Shown: one piece after another, positions 1 to 13,846 of the stretch
Position numbering within the stretch: position 1 is the stretch's first letter
How the letters are laid out: every line of letters starts with the position of its first letter
DNA from: Octopus bimaculoides
Lineage: Eukaryota
DNA: 55,430 bases
Direction: 5' to 3'
Assembly (NCBI RefSeq): GCF_001194135.2
Contig: NC_068982.1
Span: 158,549,160 to 158,604,589, forward strand
Notes under the pieces: generated by a model
The model's database searches: none
Told to the model about the DNA's origin: nothing
Seen by the model: only the letters and a program-made list of their open reading frames with translations
Position numbers and translations under genes: made by a program

Positions 1-726
1 GTATGTATGTATGTGTGTATGCATGTATACATATATATATATATATACGTGTGGTTGTATGTATTTTTGCATTCAACTTTTCGAAGCCTATTTCAATATG
101 CTTTGAGGAGAGAGATCCATAATGTTTGTAACTTGTACTACGTTTTTGCTAAATGATACTAAGCGGAGAATCCCCACCTCTGTGCTCTTTATTTCCTCCC
201 AAATTTCAATTATCTCGTATATTTAAAGCTACCTCCCTTGGTTGCTGTCTTTTCCTTCAGTTTTTAATACATGCTGCGGCGGTCTCTATTGGGTAATTGG
301 AAATGTGATGCCAGTTATTATGCTTTATTTTTTTCAGTTTTGCTAAGTGCATACTTTAAGATTGTATCTATAAGTTTCCCTACCTCTCTTTCACTGACAA
401 CACACACACACGTGACTACATACATATATATATATATATATATATANNNNNNNNNNNNNNNNNNNNNNNNNNNNNNNNNNNNNNNNNNNNNNNNNNNNNN
501 NNNNNNNNNNNNNNNNNNNNNNNNNNNNNNNNNNNNNNNNNNNNNNNNNNNNNNNNNNNNNNNNNNNNNNNNNNNNNNNNNNNNNNNNNNNNNNNNNNNN
601 NNNNNNNNNNNNNNNNNNNNNNNNNNNNNNNNNNNNNNNNNNNNNNNNNNNNNNNNNNNNNNNNNNNNNNNNNNNNNNNCCAATATGGAACCAGTAGAAG
701 AGTAATACACACACACACACACATTC

Positions 727-772
<46 letters not shown>

Positions 773-1699
773 GTGTTAGTGTGTGTATATATGCATGCAT
801 GTGTTTATGCGAATTTGTGTTCGAGTGAGAAGTAGAGTGTTTGAGCGTAAATCTATGCCTCTCATGTATTATGGATATGAATATTTGGAAATCCCATGTT
901 ATACTTTGGATATCATTATTAGAATTAACATATCTCATTAAAAAGTGAATTTAATTATTCTGTGGTGAATCGTATTAAAGCGACTGGAAATCCAACAAAA
1001 GAAACAGACATCCAATGTGAATCAGGAAAATGAAAATGAGATGTAATACATCGAGAAAAAGTACGTAGCCACGATAAAATATCGGCATGTGATAATTAGT
1101 AAATTAGGTAAGAGCAAGGGCCCGCAGAAAAAAAATCCTTGTGGGAGTAAGACTCGCTGAGACAATAACATTATGTTAGATAATGAGAGAACACCCAACA
1201 GAAAATAGAGAATGTGAGGGCATGTATAGTTATAGAATAATTGAAGAATAATCACACGGGATAGAGAGTGTTGTCTAATATTACACCTGAAATTTTTAGA
1301 ATAATTTCTTGAAAGCAATTATATTGAGAGATTGCACGTTTTCGACTAAGGAATCCCTGGCTAGTCACGCAATAGATATTATAGAGAAAGAGAAAACTCC
1401 CTCTTGTTATCACTGTCGTCTTAACAAATGACACAATCGGGTCCATATATTTTCTGTTGTTTATTTTTCTGAAGGTAGAGACATACAAGACTAGAGAGCT
1501 TAATGAATGATATACTCTAATTAAACTGTTTCACGTCAACATTTGCAGTGAAATTAGCAGCAGATGATTTTCTTTGTAAGAAAGACTAGATATTGCGGTT
1601 AAATTGTGACTGTTGGAGAGGATAAATCTTTGTAACGAGTTGTGTAGAGACTAGTCTGTCAGGGATACTTGAATAGAAGAGCCAGTAAACTAACCAACT

Positions 1700-2560
1700 T
1701 TGGAAAAACGTAACTGTTGTGGTAGCGATAAAACAAATCAAGACAACGAGAGGAGACACCGTCCCATTAAGTTAGTAGCTGGTGTATGAATGTTGGCGAT
1801 TTAATGCAAGTCAATCGAGTGATTCCTGTCTGGAAGAGATCTAGTATGTCTCTATGCATAGAAAAGTTATCAGGCAAGATGCTAAAGCAATAAACTTTTA
1901 TGGCTTTCACCTGACGTTTGTAGCATATCAGCAACTATTGAATACCGTATAATTTTTGGAGCTATTTGAGACAATAGAACGTTAGTCTTCATTTCAGTAT
2001 CGCTATTGATAAAAACACGAAAGCGCTAACCCTACTAGTTATAAATGCCCAATAAATTTTCTAAGCCAGTATTGCCTAGGCAAAACTGGCTTAGGAAATT
2101 AATACTCGTCAGCAATTTTGGTATGAACAGGAAACAAAATAAAATCTATTTCATTACTATCAAAAACCCAATAATAAATGTATGATTTACATTAATTGAT
2201 TGTTACTAAGGTTTTTACTAAGTTTCTAACGGAAGAATTTTTAACATATCGGCACCCACAAGGTTTAGCTTCCGAAGTTAATTATATTTTTAATATTAGA
2301 TTTTGTAGACTTTTAAATATCTCTTCATAACATGAAGTACCAAAATTATTTTCCTACGATCCAGGAACTTAGAGGAGAATTTTGCAACTTGTGAAAACCT
2401 TGATAAAGAAAAATATTTGGACAATGAGACTAGTAGACGCGATTACGGGTAAAGGCATAAAACATTGAAAATACGTAGGGGGAAACAACAATTCCAGAAG
2501 TGGAACACAAGAATATTGTTCAAGTGTTTCCTTGGAAGAGGGTAAAATGAAGTATTGCGT
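1700..2560 (+). mobile_element. Degenerate Ty3/Gypsy LTR-retrotransposon integrase remnant
   Basis: A stop-riddled frame reads ...RL*HI...FSIAIDKNTK...FTKFLTEEFLTYRHPQGLASEVNYIF...FCRLL...HEV...YDPGT*RRILQLVKTL. This resembles the rve core pattern (W.R.HID / IVVD..SK / F..YG.P..L.SD.G..F / Y.P.SNG.AER..TLK). A possible Gag knuckle remnant (CYHC) lies near 1400-1440. Boundaries are approximate. Confidence 0.5.
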
Positions 2561-3516
2561 CTAAAATTCTAGAGAGGTTTAAAAACGGGGCGAATATCTT
2601 CGAACAATGAAGTTGCAATACGTATGGTATACGAGTGTCAAAGAAAGAGAGACTTTTGACTTGTTTGTAGGGAAGTAGGTATTAAAACTGCAAGATACCG
2701 AAGGCCTACCGCTAGCTTTGTATCACATTGCGAGGGCAGAGAGACAGACCTTAACACAATTGGATTAGCTCACATTGTTCTACTTTTATACAGCTGTACC
2801 ACAAATTTACAGATAGGGACTCGTAAAGACACAGATCAACAGACGCAGTGAAAACAATGGTGAATAGTAGAAACTGCTTCAAATCTTCTCAATTTGTAAA
2901 ATCCTTTGCAGCCCTGAGTGTAGTGAAAGAAATCGCTTTGTCCTCATAGAAGGAACGTCACGAACACTGCCCTTTCCCCAATCAATAGTATTTAATCAAT
3001 TTCAGATACTGGCGGGGTTGCGGATGTAGGATGGATATGATAAACTATCAGCAACAGAAGAAAAAAAGAAAAGAAAAGCGCCTCTTGTTTCCCTGAAAAA
3101 AGAAAATGAACCAAAATAAAAAGCGAATAAGACTTTCTCAAGGGGTTTACCACTCTCTGTCGCTAGATGAAGTTCAGAATATCCAACGTAGAACTGGTAA
3201 CATATATGACAGGATTGGAGAAAGGAGGAAGGGCAATATTTAGAATGAGAAGACGATCTTTGACAAAGTGAATCATTGAAAGTTTCGAGCAACATACCAG
3301 TCACTGAGATTTATATAAACGAGTAGCTCAAGGTTACCTGCAAACTTGAACCGGTTAAGTAGATTAATGGAGAGTACATAGAATCGGAAGGTGGTCATAA
3401 ACATACAGGTACATGATCTAGGCAAGGTATTGTTTTATCAGCTTTGTGTATTGGTTATCCGAACGTATTTTGATTTCATTTTTATCTCCATATGAATGTA
3501 TACGTGTATGTGTGTA

Positions 3517-3518
3517 GC

Positions 3519-3591
<73 letters not shown>

Positions 3592-3607
3592 ATGGTGGTG
3601 GTGGTGG
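3517..3607. repeat. (TAG)n microsatellite with (TGG)n tail
   Basis: Direct reading of gtagtagta...; source of the poly-Y ORF 3418-3636. Confidence 0.95.
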
Positions 3608-5217
3608 CAGAAGCTGCTGAGGCAATAGTGTATCACTAAATAAGTTATCCACTACCATACATATAATTATATATACCCACGTACCGTTTCATTTTGTATG
3701 CATTGAATATGCATAGAAAATGAAAGCAGTTGAATTTACGAAACTGGGTGTTCTATTTAACACCAATTCTGTACATTTTGATACTTGGTGTTGCGAATTC
3801 AAATATTGTTCACGAACAATAATCTCCCAGACTTCACTGGTTGGCATATCAGTATTTAATAGGCAATACACAGTATTGTTCAATAAAACCAATATAGATC
3901 GTTTCATTGCAACTTTGATTTTGTGACCGGGCTAAAGATATCAAGATTCCTTGAATAACTGCTATTAACTACATACAACTCATAACAGTATTTCGAAACC
4001 ATGGGCTGTATGATGGCTTTGTTAATTATTCATAATAATCTAACGCTCTATCCTTTTTTGTATTTTCTTATTCTCAAACACACACATATGTACACATATA
4101 AGCGTAGAGTATGAGTCATGTTTATGCTCATTTCGGTGAAGCTTGTGGCAAAGTAAATATATATTTGCTTCTATTGCTCTAAAAAATATTAAATAAATAG
4201 AAATTCGTGAACAAAAGGTACGGAGAAAAAAGTGTCCAACGATAAAATGAGACTGAAAATATTTAACATTATGTAAAGTCTGAGCTGTTCTTTTGTAATA
4301 AAACATGAAAAGAATGCAATTATATAGATACACACAACTTTGCTATTTTTTAGTATAATAATACATACGCCAACAAGTAATAATAAAGTGATACAATACT
4401 TCATTCTCAGAAATACATTTTAATTGTTGATCTCTTTTAGAAACATTGTTGAATAGTTGAATTATCTTTAAAATCGTAAGATGTCCAAAGTTGTAGAGTA
4501 AGGTAAATAGGAGTGTCATATTTTGAAGTATTGTATGAGACAATTATATTTCAATTAAATTAAGCTTAATGTTAACTTGTGGTAGCTGACACAGACCATG
4601 TTATTTTATCGTAGAATATTGAAAAATATAAGCAACTTGTATGGAGGGAAATAACAAAAAATAGAGAAGTAACTAAAATAACTACTGTGTGATGTGTGTT
4701 AAAGATTGTATCCATTTCAATTTTCTAAACTCGTGCGTCATAATAATGCATTCTTTGTGTTTTCTATTTGGTATGCGACGATACTATTATGATTCTTATT
4801 GCTTCACAGTAAAATTATTTTGTTATTTCTACACCTTTATAATTGCATTGTATAGCCTATAGAGCTAGCTGGTTCTGATTAAATAATTCAGGAATAAAGT
4901 TGTGTTCTATTATATCATTGCCGTTATAAACACTCTAAACAATGACACTATGATTCACTCTTAAGATTGAGATGAATATAATCCTCATATTCTGCTTGTG
5001 TAAATAATATTGCCAAAAGTAACGTTTAATTGTCAAGAATTACCATCACATTGAATATTCACTTTGTCTTTTAAGAAAACTATTCGGTGCGAGGGAAATA
5101 ATTAAATTTCTCCATAATTCAGAATAAACATGATATAATACACGTGTCATAATCTATATAAACACTTCCAGTAGAAACAACATGAGGATTTCTGGTCTTT
5201 GGACACGTCGAAAATTT

Positions 5218-5429
5218 TGCAGTAGGTCTAAACGATCTCAGTAGCTAAACATGTTTTATTTTATTGTTATGTCTCAAACTACTGCTATCTAGCACCTTCG
5301 GATGATCTCTACTCAACCGCTAGACAACTGCTACTCGATCGCTACTCAACACACCTACCACGGCCAGACTACCTCTATTTATATGTCTTGGGCGTTCCTA
5401 CTTCTTCGCCTAGCGGCGTCGACACAACA
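5218..5429 (-). mobile_element. Possible solo LTR
   Basis: 212-bp segment richer in GC than its flanks and bounded by TG...CA. The minus strand carries a TATA-like catataaatag followed by aataaa. No clean target-site duplication was found. Confidence 0.4.
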
Positions 5430-6446
5430 TTTATAAATCCACAAATGATGAAAAAAGAAAAAGAAATTATGTTCACAAATGAAGCCTAATGTCGGTATAA
5501 AACTTTGATTGATTTAACACTTCTACCTGGTCATTGAATAACTATTTATTAGCATCGGTGTCCGATTTGTTGTGGCGATTCAGAGTAGGTCTCCAGTATT
5601 AGGCTTCCTCATAAGTACATATTACTACGCATTATTTGTTGCGACTATCGATTTTTCTTTTCTGTTCCAGCCATTACAAATCAAACATGTGTATGTTATT
5701 ATATATGTTATTAAGATGTAAACATATAGGATAAATGTATCAGCAAAGACACATATTTGTTACATGAAGTCAATCGTAATTAATATACACTGCAATGTTA
5801 TATAGTTAATCGCATTTAAAATCATTATATAATAGCACAGGATGCAAAATTGCTTATTATTATATAAAAAGAAACTTTACTTTTGTTGCTTTTCTAAATT
5901 TGCCACTGTAGTGAAAATATTCAATACAAATTGCACTAATTTAAAATGTTCAATAATGCTTCGATATCCCTTTCACAAAAGTTCTACCTAACTCCGAACA
6001 TTATTATTTTTTTTAGATAATCTATAAGGTGTTCAATAATATATTTATATTCTATGTTATAGTTACTTTCTTAAATGTTCGAAAGAATACTCAGTGATTT
6101 GTTGTTGCTTAATATTGTAATGTGCCATTAATATTAGTGGACGCAATAGATATTTTATCATTCACTATCACACAAAATATTAGCTTTACCATCTAAAACG
6201 GCTCTTCAGACATAGGGAAATTATGTGCCCACCTCCGTTATATACTCATGTCAATCTGTTTGAGACGTTGAAGTAATTTTCGCAATGATATATTTAACAG
6301 AGAATTTCTAGCACTCGTTAAGTCTGCTTGTAACACCATCAGAATATCCTCAAAGTACACTAAAATGTCTACGTAGCAATGAATTATAATCCTGGAAACG
6401 ATGAGATTGAATGAGGCGGTATCCATGCCTATGATGTCAGTTTTAA

Positions 6447-8264
6447 CACTGGTGAAAATGATTTTTGTTGTCTGATGATCTTCCTAGCAATTTTGCGGTG
6501 CTGATTTCAAAGATGAAATTCATTTTGCTCAATCATAAAATTTTACACCAACCTATTTGTCCATTTTTCAACATCTCCGGCATTATCACCATTTCAAAAG
6601 ATAATTTTTGCTTTTGAAGACCCATGTACAGAGTTTGACGTAAATTTCAAAGCATAATTTTTCAATATCATTTTAAATTAAATATAACTACAAAAGTGAA
6701 AACAGAAGTTATAATTTAACTATCTTCCGTACATTAAAAGCATCCAGCTTAAATAATTATCACCATTTTCTATCTGACCAGTTTTGAATGTAATGATGAT
6801 GACAGAAATGTACTTCATAGAATTAGATGTTAATAAATAGATAATTACTGTGATCTTTGACATTATATATGTCTCAGATATGCACACGTTGTGTGATTAA
6901 TCATTGCAAACCATATAAGGCATGTTTTGTTGAAACTGTAGATATTTCTTATAAAATTTGGTATTTTGAATGTGCTCTTAATTGTATGTGTGGTCATATA
7001 TGTCAAACGTCATTTTGTGTCAAACCTGATCAAGGAACTGTAGAAGAACTGCATTTGCTCACTTTATAACATATAGCAATTCTGAAACTGCTTGCCTCAG
7101 GTGACAACTGGCTTGAATATATGTTTCATGTTTCAGAAATATTCCCACTTGTAAAACGATATCCCCGATATCTTCTGCAATATTTGTGGATGTTACTTAA
7201 GCAGCGAAGAAAAATCACAGATTTTGTGAGGAAAGCTTACCTTATCTATTGTGACATGAAACCAGGTGATGAAGACAAAGCCTGGGCACTCTATTTAATT
7301 ATGTTAAAAATGTGGAAACACTGAGACAGTGACTGCTTCAATACTTATGCAGAATGTTTCCAGGTTTGTCTTGTAACAAAATTAGGTTTGGTATGTTTGA
7401 AGGGCCATAGATTAGGTGGCTATTGCTAGAGACAATCTTTGACGTTGAAAAAGAAGCATAGAATGCCTTTGTTACAGTTGAGTTTCCTTTTCTGAGAAAT
7501 AGGAAGCTATCGCTCTATGAAGAGCCTCTGCAAGTTCTGTTATTAGTCAGCTTTTGAGTACTGGGTAGCAACATGATTGTAAAAGTGCAGTTATCTGGAT
7601 TAATTGCGTGAAAATCATAGTGCAATAAGTGATGAGCAAAGAGAAAGTGTCCACCACAATATCGAAACCATAGAGATTAGGTATCAAGGCAGATGAAAAA
7701 GAAACATGATGGCTGTTTACTGCTGACCTCTTCAAATACGATGTTGTGGTGCAAGTTACACAAAACAGCAAAGTTCACTCCTTGGGTAAGTGAAACTCCA
7801 GTTTGGGAGAAATATTTATCCTAAGATGTATAATTAAACAATTTGTGTACTATATTTGTTAAGCAATAAAATATACAATTTGTATTAGTTTCTTATTTCT
7901 GTTTACATTTCATGTCAAAATTTCAATTTTTAGTAAATTAAAATGAATTCTTGTTTAACAAACTCTTAGCGTGTTAAAATTTTCTGTGAGCATTTCTTAA
8001 CCCAACACCTCAAACTAGGTAGGAATAATTTTAAAAAGCAACACAAGTAAAATTTTTAAAAAAGCTTTCCTCATTGCACTCAATATAAGAATAAAAGCAG
8101 CTGACAAGCCATATTACTTATGGAGAATCAATTCAATGGCGTTTATTCGGAGAGAAAGCCGTAGAAAAATAAATTGACGTCATCGTTTTGAAATCAGCAT
8201 GCCAAATATAGTCAAAATGAAGTGAAAAGTAAGCCCAACGAAACTTCCAAATTGTTCCCCTGTG
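6447..8264 (+). mobile_element. Chapaev3-like (CMC superfamily) DNA transposon, internally deleted and pseudogenised
   Basis: Termini are CACTGGTGAAAA... and ...TTGTTCCCCTGTG, with an inverted subterminal motif tgctgatttcaaa / tttgaaatcagca. Internal broken frames read QRRKITDFVRKAYLIYCDMKPGDEDKAWA, FPGLSCNKIRFGMFEGP*IR, GSNMIVKV, SAISDEQRESVHHNIETIEIRYQGR and MMAVYC, matching a known transposase family. The family name is from recall. Confidence 0.75.
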
Positions 8265-9961
8265 CTATTTGTTTGACAAATAGAAGTTGACCACTAAATA
8301 ACGAGCATTATTTTATTTGCCTCTTCTTACAAGAAATTTACACATTTTTCTGTCATCGCCTTCATTTACATATGTTGTCAGAGTTGTCCGTTATAAATAA
8401 TTTTCTCTATAGAGGAAATGGTTTTAAATTTTCCAGAGCATATAACCGTTTGTTTATGATCAGCAACTGTTTTATGGCGTCAGAGATAGGCAGACTTACA
8501 GAGGAATAACAGAAAGTTTTTGAAATATAACTCTTCATAATAGCTACTTAGCATAATCTATGTTTTGCAGTAATGTAGTTATTTTCCTTTTTGACAAGAA
8601 GTTTAATTAGCAGTATTTTGTTTGTAAAATTCCTTATGTGAACTCTTGTGATTAAACATGTTTTGTAGTATTTCGGGAGCATTATTCAGCCATTAATAAA
8701 CACACACAACTATATTTCATTCCGGCGCCGCTTCTGCTCTGCTGATAATTTTTCAGAGATGAAGAGCTTACATATTCAGAGTATAAGGGATTTATATTTT
8801 GTCGGCATCCCATGGTGTATCGATTATGTTACTAATTTTGACCGTTCATTGACATAACGAAAATTAATTTTTACCCTGTCTTGTTGCATTTATCAGCACA
8901 ATTATTCATAATACAATGTTATGCAATGCGCTATTGATTTCATTCACAGGATCTATATTAAAGGAGCATTGAGACAATCTATGCTATGCACCATCCGGGA
9001 AAATACCACATAGAGCAGGCATAAGCAGTAAACTTAACTCATTAACAAACTTTTACGAGACCCGTCGATTACAAATTACACCTCACCAACTGAAATAAGG
9101 ACTTCTTAGATATTATAAAAGTGGAAAGTTGGGATGGGCATAGATGAAATGTCTTTGAGTATAGGTCAACTCAAGCAAAGTTTGGAAGGGTGCGAAAGTG
9201 TTAAAAAATAAACATCAAACAGTTATTACAGACACTTTCGATTCCTGTAGCTGAAATATTATTTCTAGCTTTCCTACTCTACTATAATTTCTTTAGTCAT
9301 TTTTTTTGTAGTAGAGAAATGTGGTTCTCTTCCCAATATGTATCAATAATTCGATTAAAAGAAAGTCAAAACATAAACAATGGCATTTTTTTTATTGAAT
9401 TTGTGTTTCATTTCATGAATAAAAAGTACACTTTACAAAAAATATATTATTGTTGGTACTATATACAGAAACATAAAAAAAAGTTTTTACATTCTAAAAA
9501 GAATATATTTATATTGTAGAGAAACTGAAATGGAAATAATAAAATTATACAGAATTTGATTTAAATAAAAGTTTTATGTATTTCTGAAATGTACACCTTC
9601 ATTAGCAAACGATAAAATACGCAAGCACATAGATGTATATATAAGTAATTCCAGTTATGTTATATGCAGACATTTATAGTGTAAACAACTACTCTATAAA
9701 CTTTGATTTGACCAGTGCATTTTTTCTTGTTTGAAAAGAAAAGAACTGACGACGTGATGTTAACTATGCGGAATGCGTGGTAACCTGGAAATATTTCAAT
9801 GTAATATACTATTTCAAATTTTGATCATTTTTCCCACGTTGGAACATTTACAAAGTCATAAAATCATAAAGTCAAACGCAAGTTGGCATGTTGGTAAATC
9901 CTAAAGGCTAGATGGTTTCTGTAGTTGCATATATATATATAAAAATATATATGTAAATATA

Positions 9962-10000
<39 letters not shown>

Positions 10001-10092
10001 NNNNNNNNNNNNNNNNNNNNNNNNNNNNNNNNNNNNNNNNNNNNNNNNNNNNNNNNNNNNNNNNNNNNNNNNNNTATATATGTATGTATATA

Positions 10093-10133
<41 letters not shown>

Positions 10134-10234
10134 GTATATGTATATATATGCATAGATGTAAATATGCATATATATGTATGCATACACATGTGTATGTATA
10201 TACATGCAAACACACACACACTCACTTTCCTATA

Positions 10235-10376
10235 CACAAACATCAAACCTACTCCCAAGGCTTTGTTTGGCCCAATGCCATTGTAGAGGCAGCTTCTCAA
10301 GATGTCATGCAGTGTGACTGAACACCTTGAAACATGTGTTTGGGAAGCAAGCTTCTTACCACACAGCCCCACCTGC
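10235..10376 (-). mobile_element. SINE family B fragment (tRNA-like head)
   Basis: Matches the 5' part of the fuller copies at 22228-22669 and 47655-48072 (aagcaagcttcttaccacacagcc). Confidence 0.7.
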
Positions 10377-12328
10377 ATGTATATATAACGTGTGTTTGTG
10401 TGTATGTGTTTGTGTGTGTATGCACGTGTGTGTATTCATACATATGTATGTATTTATTTAAGTATGTGTGAATGAGTTCTTTTAATTCTTTTGAGTAAAT
10501 ATGAATATGCCAAGTCTTTACTTACAACCAGATTTGAAGTCAATAACGTAACGGTTGAACTAGTTTCAAACACTTTAATATGCACTTGAAGTATTATACA
10601 AATAACCAGAATACTCGCTTGCGATTAGTTCCCATGCTGCTTGTTCCATTTATGAATACAGAAGATTAGATTACTTTTTATGCTGAATTGAATGTTTCCT
10701 ACAAAAATATATTTAAATTCCCTGCCTGATCTGAATTTGAATTATAAATTAAGGCTTGATTATAATTCATAAATATAACCTATGAATGTTCACAATTACT
10801 GTATCATATGTTTATCAGTCACTTTACTGTACAAAAATATCTATTCAGAACAAAAAACAGTAGTTGAAATTTTAATCCCCTCGTTATCGGAAAACTAAAA
10901 TAACTAAATATTACTGAAAACGTCTAATATAAACAATTCTTGACAGACTTGGTATGGCATTATAGTTTAAGAATGTGATCAACAATAGAAGGAAAGACAA
11001 ATGCAATTTAGTTTGAAATAGTTTGTTAAGAGAATTGAAAATAAATTAAACAAAGAACACTGCCAAAGTGTATGTGTTGCTCTTTAGTCTAAAATTAGTT
11101 CCTGTTTGGATAACATAAAGCTTCCCCCCAAAGCAATAATTTTATGAGAATTGTAAGTGTAAAATTTTCCTCATTTTTAAATAAATCTCAAAACGAACAC
11201 GTTGATGCTTTTGGTAATTATTTCTTTTCCAAAATATATAACATATGCAAAGCAGTTAACACTAAAATAGCAAGGGAAAATGAAAAGAAATTGAATTTCT
11301 ATTGCTAGCGAATGAATTTTCCCTGAGGAAATTTAAAGTTGTAAGAAAAAGTTGTTTCGCTATTTAAACATTCCTTTCTTAACATCATGCATCTACAATC
11401 TGTAAAGTACTGTGCCTGATCAACTTAGCAATAACAAGTCATTTGTAAATGTGAAATACATACAGCAAACTATATGGAAATAAACAAAATTTAAATTCTA
11501 AAAATATAGCGAAAACTTGAAATAAAGTAATATAGAAATAAGATCATTTAATAGAAAAGCCATATAATTTTTATCTAAATTACATATAGAAATACCAAAA
11601 GGGTAAACTAATATAAACTTAGATTTTGAAGGAGGAAGTCATGTGTTTATTAACGTAAATCTAAAAATATTGATGGCATGTATGTATGAAAACATCTTAC
11701 GGGTAATTATGTTGAATATATACGAAAAATACATTGGAATGACATCAACATTAATGCTATGGAAAAATATAAAGGACAAACCGTTTTGATATATAAATAC
11801 AAGTGTATTCGACGTGTGATAAATCTAAAACTAGAGGATGTTAACGGTAGATACGCAATTTCCCTCAATTTCTAAGTTTATTGTTGAAATACTAAGATAA
11901 TTTATCGCTTCACTGATAATAACTCAAAACTGAAATCTAAAAAGCATAAAAAATAATTGTAGTAATTGTAAGATCCTTAATTACAATAAAATAAATAATA
12001 CCTAGAATCGCGAATGAAAATGCATTATACAAAGAAAACCTTTAATTTAATATTTAACCAGATATCATGAATGGTGGAGCAGAAGTATAACGAAAAGTGT
12101 TACTGCTTACGGCCTGTTGTCTTTCAAGAAAATATTGTTTATAAGAATGTATTACCACTCGTTTTGTTCAGCTATTATGAGAAATATATCGCAGTATATT
12201 AAATCCTAACCTGTTTCTATTTCTTTATTTCTCTATGTGTATTCATATATATGTGTATGTTGGTGTGCGCAAGCGTGTTTGTGTTTATGTAAATATTATA
12301 CAAAATATTATGTATACAGTAATTATGA

Positions 12329-12379
<51 letters not shown>

Positions 12380-12542
12380 GTAGTTGAAATTTATAGCAAA
12401 GCAAAAGACGAAGACAGGTGTATGGACAAAGAGCAAGAGTATTAGTTTGACGCTTGGGCAAAACGAAAAAGTCTTTTACGTTTCAAGCCATCGCCGTTTC
12501 ACAGAAAGTAACAGGAGAAAATAACCAGAGAGNNNNNNNNNN

Positions 12543-12599
<57 letters not shown>

Positions 12600-12710
12600 A
12601 AGAAAACGAAAAAACTTGTAAATTTCAGCGGTCCAGTATGCCGAATGATTGGATAAAAAGAGACTGAAAGAAAAGGAGATAATAAAAAAGAATTTGAATC
12701 GCGGGGAGTT
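12380..12710 (+). mobile_element. Dispersed repeat family C (possibly Penelope-like pseudo-LTR derived)
   Basis: Shares aagacgaagacaggtg...tattagttt.acgct...aaaaagtcttt.acgtttc.agcc with 45005-45290 and, inverted, 54640-54895. Interrupted by (GA)n and a gap. Contains a hammerhead-like motif (see findings). Confidence 0.7.
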
Positions 12711-13240
12711 AATAATGTGCTAGTGATCGCAACCAGAGAAGTTGCACGTGGGTGTGTACGTATATGGGAAAAATTTGTATGAGAATGTGATTGTGTGCGT
12801 GTGAATAGGGGCGAGTGACCCTAACGTGTGTGAGTGTGTACCATGTTTGTGTTGCTTGCTTTTTTACGTGGTGTGTGCGTGTGCGCGTGTGTGCGTGTGT
12901 GAGTCGGTGACCAAACAATGTGCACATGAATGCGTAGCAAACTGGCGTTGAGTGGTTGTTGTCCTGTAAATTATTTCCACCCAGCGCAGCTGCAATAAGG
13001 TAGTGGGGGACTCGGCACTAACTGCCTAAGTATGACTTGGCGCATGGCATCTACGTCAGGAATGCACTCCTGGCATCTGATATGCGAGATCGAGCGCAGA
13101 TTACGAAGGACGCGTATTAAGGTATTGGTTTGCCGCCGAAATTTTGTAACTTAGAGGAGGAATGCGAGCACTGCAGTATACATACATGCATACATACAAA
13201 CCTACATATGTATACATATACATAGATACATACATACTTG

Positions 13241-13279
<39 letters not shown>

Positions 13280-13306
13280 ATATATATAACATACAAAAAT
13301 AACAGG

Positions 13307-13432
13307 AATGACCAGAAAAAGTGGACTCCTATATGCTAGAAATAGATGCTGAATCATCTAACCACGAAAAATATATATGTTCTCAGTAAAAATCTATTTC
13401 TAGCATATAGGCGTCCACTTTTGCTGGTCATT
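13307..13432. repeat. Near-perfect inverted repeat (41-bp arms, 44-nt spacer)
   Basis: Left arm 13307-13347 (aatgaccagaaaaagtggactcctatatgctagaaatagat) matches the reverse complement of 13392-13432 at 39 of 41 positions. Confidence 0.9.
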
Positions 13433-13797
13433 TCTCTTATTTTTGTATGTAATATCATTTTAATCATCGGATTTTTTTAATATGCTAGACCACTGCTTCT
13501 AATTGATTAATATCAATTTCCACCCTCATTAATATATATATATATATATATATATGCGTATGTATATATATGTATGTATATAGGATATGTTCTTATAAAT
13601 ATATCTATCCACGTTCCCTAAATCTAAGACATTATCTTTGGTTAGACTTCTTAATAATGAATTAATCCAACATACTATTTTCGAACTGTGTTCCACTGTT
13701 CAGTTTGTGTTGGTTAGTTGATTGTACTACGCACTCACTCACACACATAGACACGCACGCACACACACCCACACAAACACGAACGCACTCCCGCACG

Positions 13798-13846
<49 letters not shown>

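Noticed and set aside
3689-3926. Overlapping 68-72 aa ORFs on both strands
   Set aside because: No recognisable domain and no coherent splice structure; lengths are within chance expectation.
9670-9784. Minus frame (G)YHAFRIVNITSSV resembles the iGluR AFRIV motif
   Set aside because: It lacks the preceding DL..LD.E..YG..NIT and the following Trp, has no good donor, and is in the wrong phase.
11701-11756. 56-nt minus segment with strong splice sites encoding INVDVIPMYFSYIFNIIT (YFSYIF resembles YYHYIF of the next GluK exon)
   Set aside because: It is open only in phase 2, whereas the upstream exon ends in phase 0; splicing it in gives an immediate stop (CAT TAA). It could still be a poison exon, but I have no support for that.
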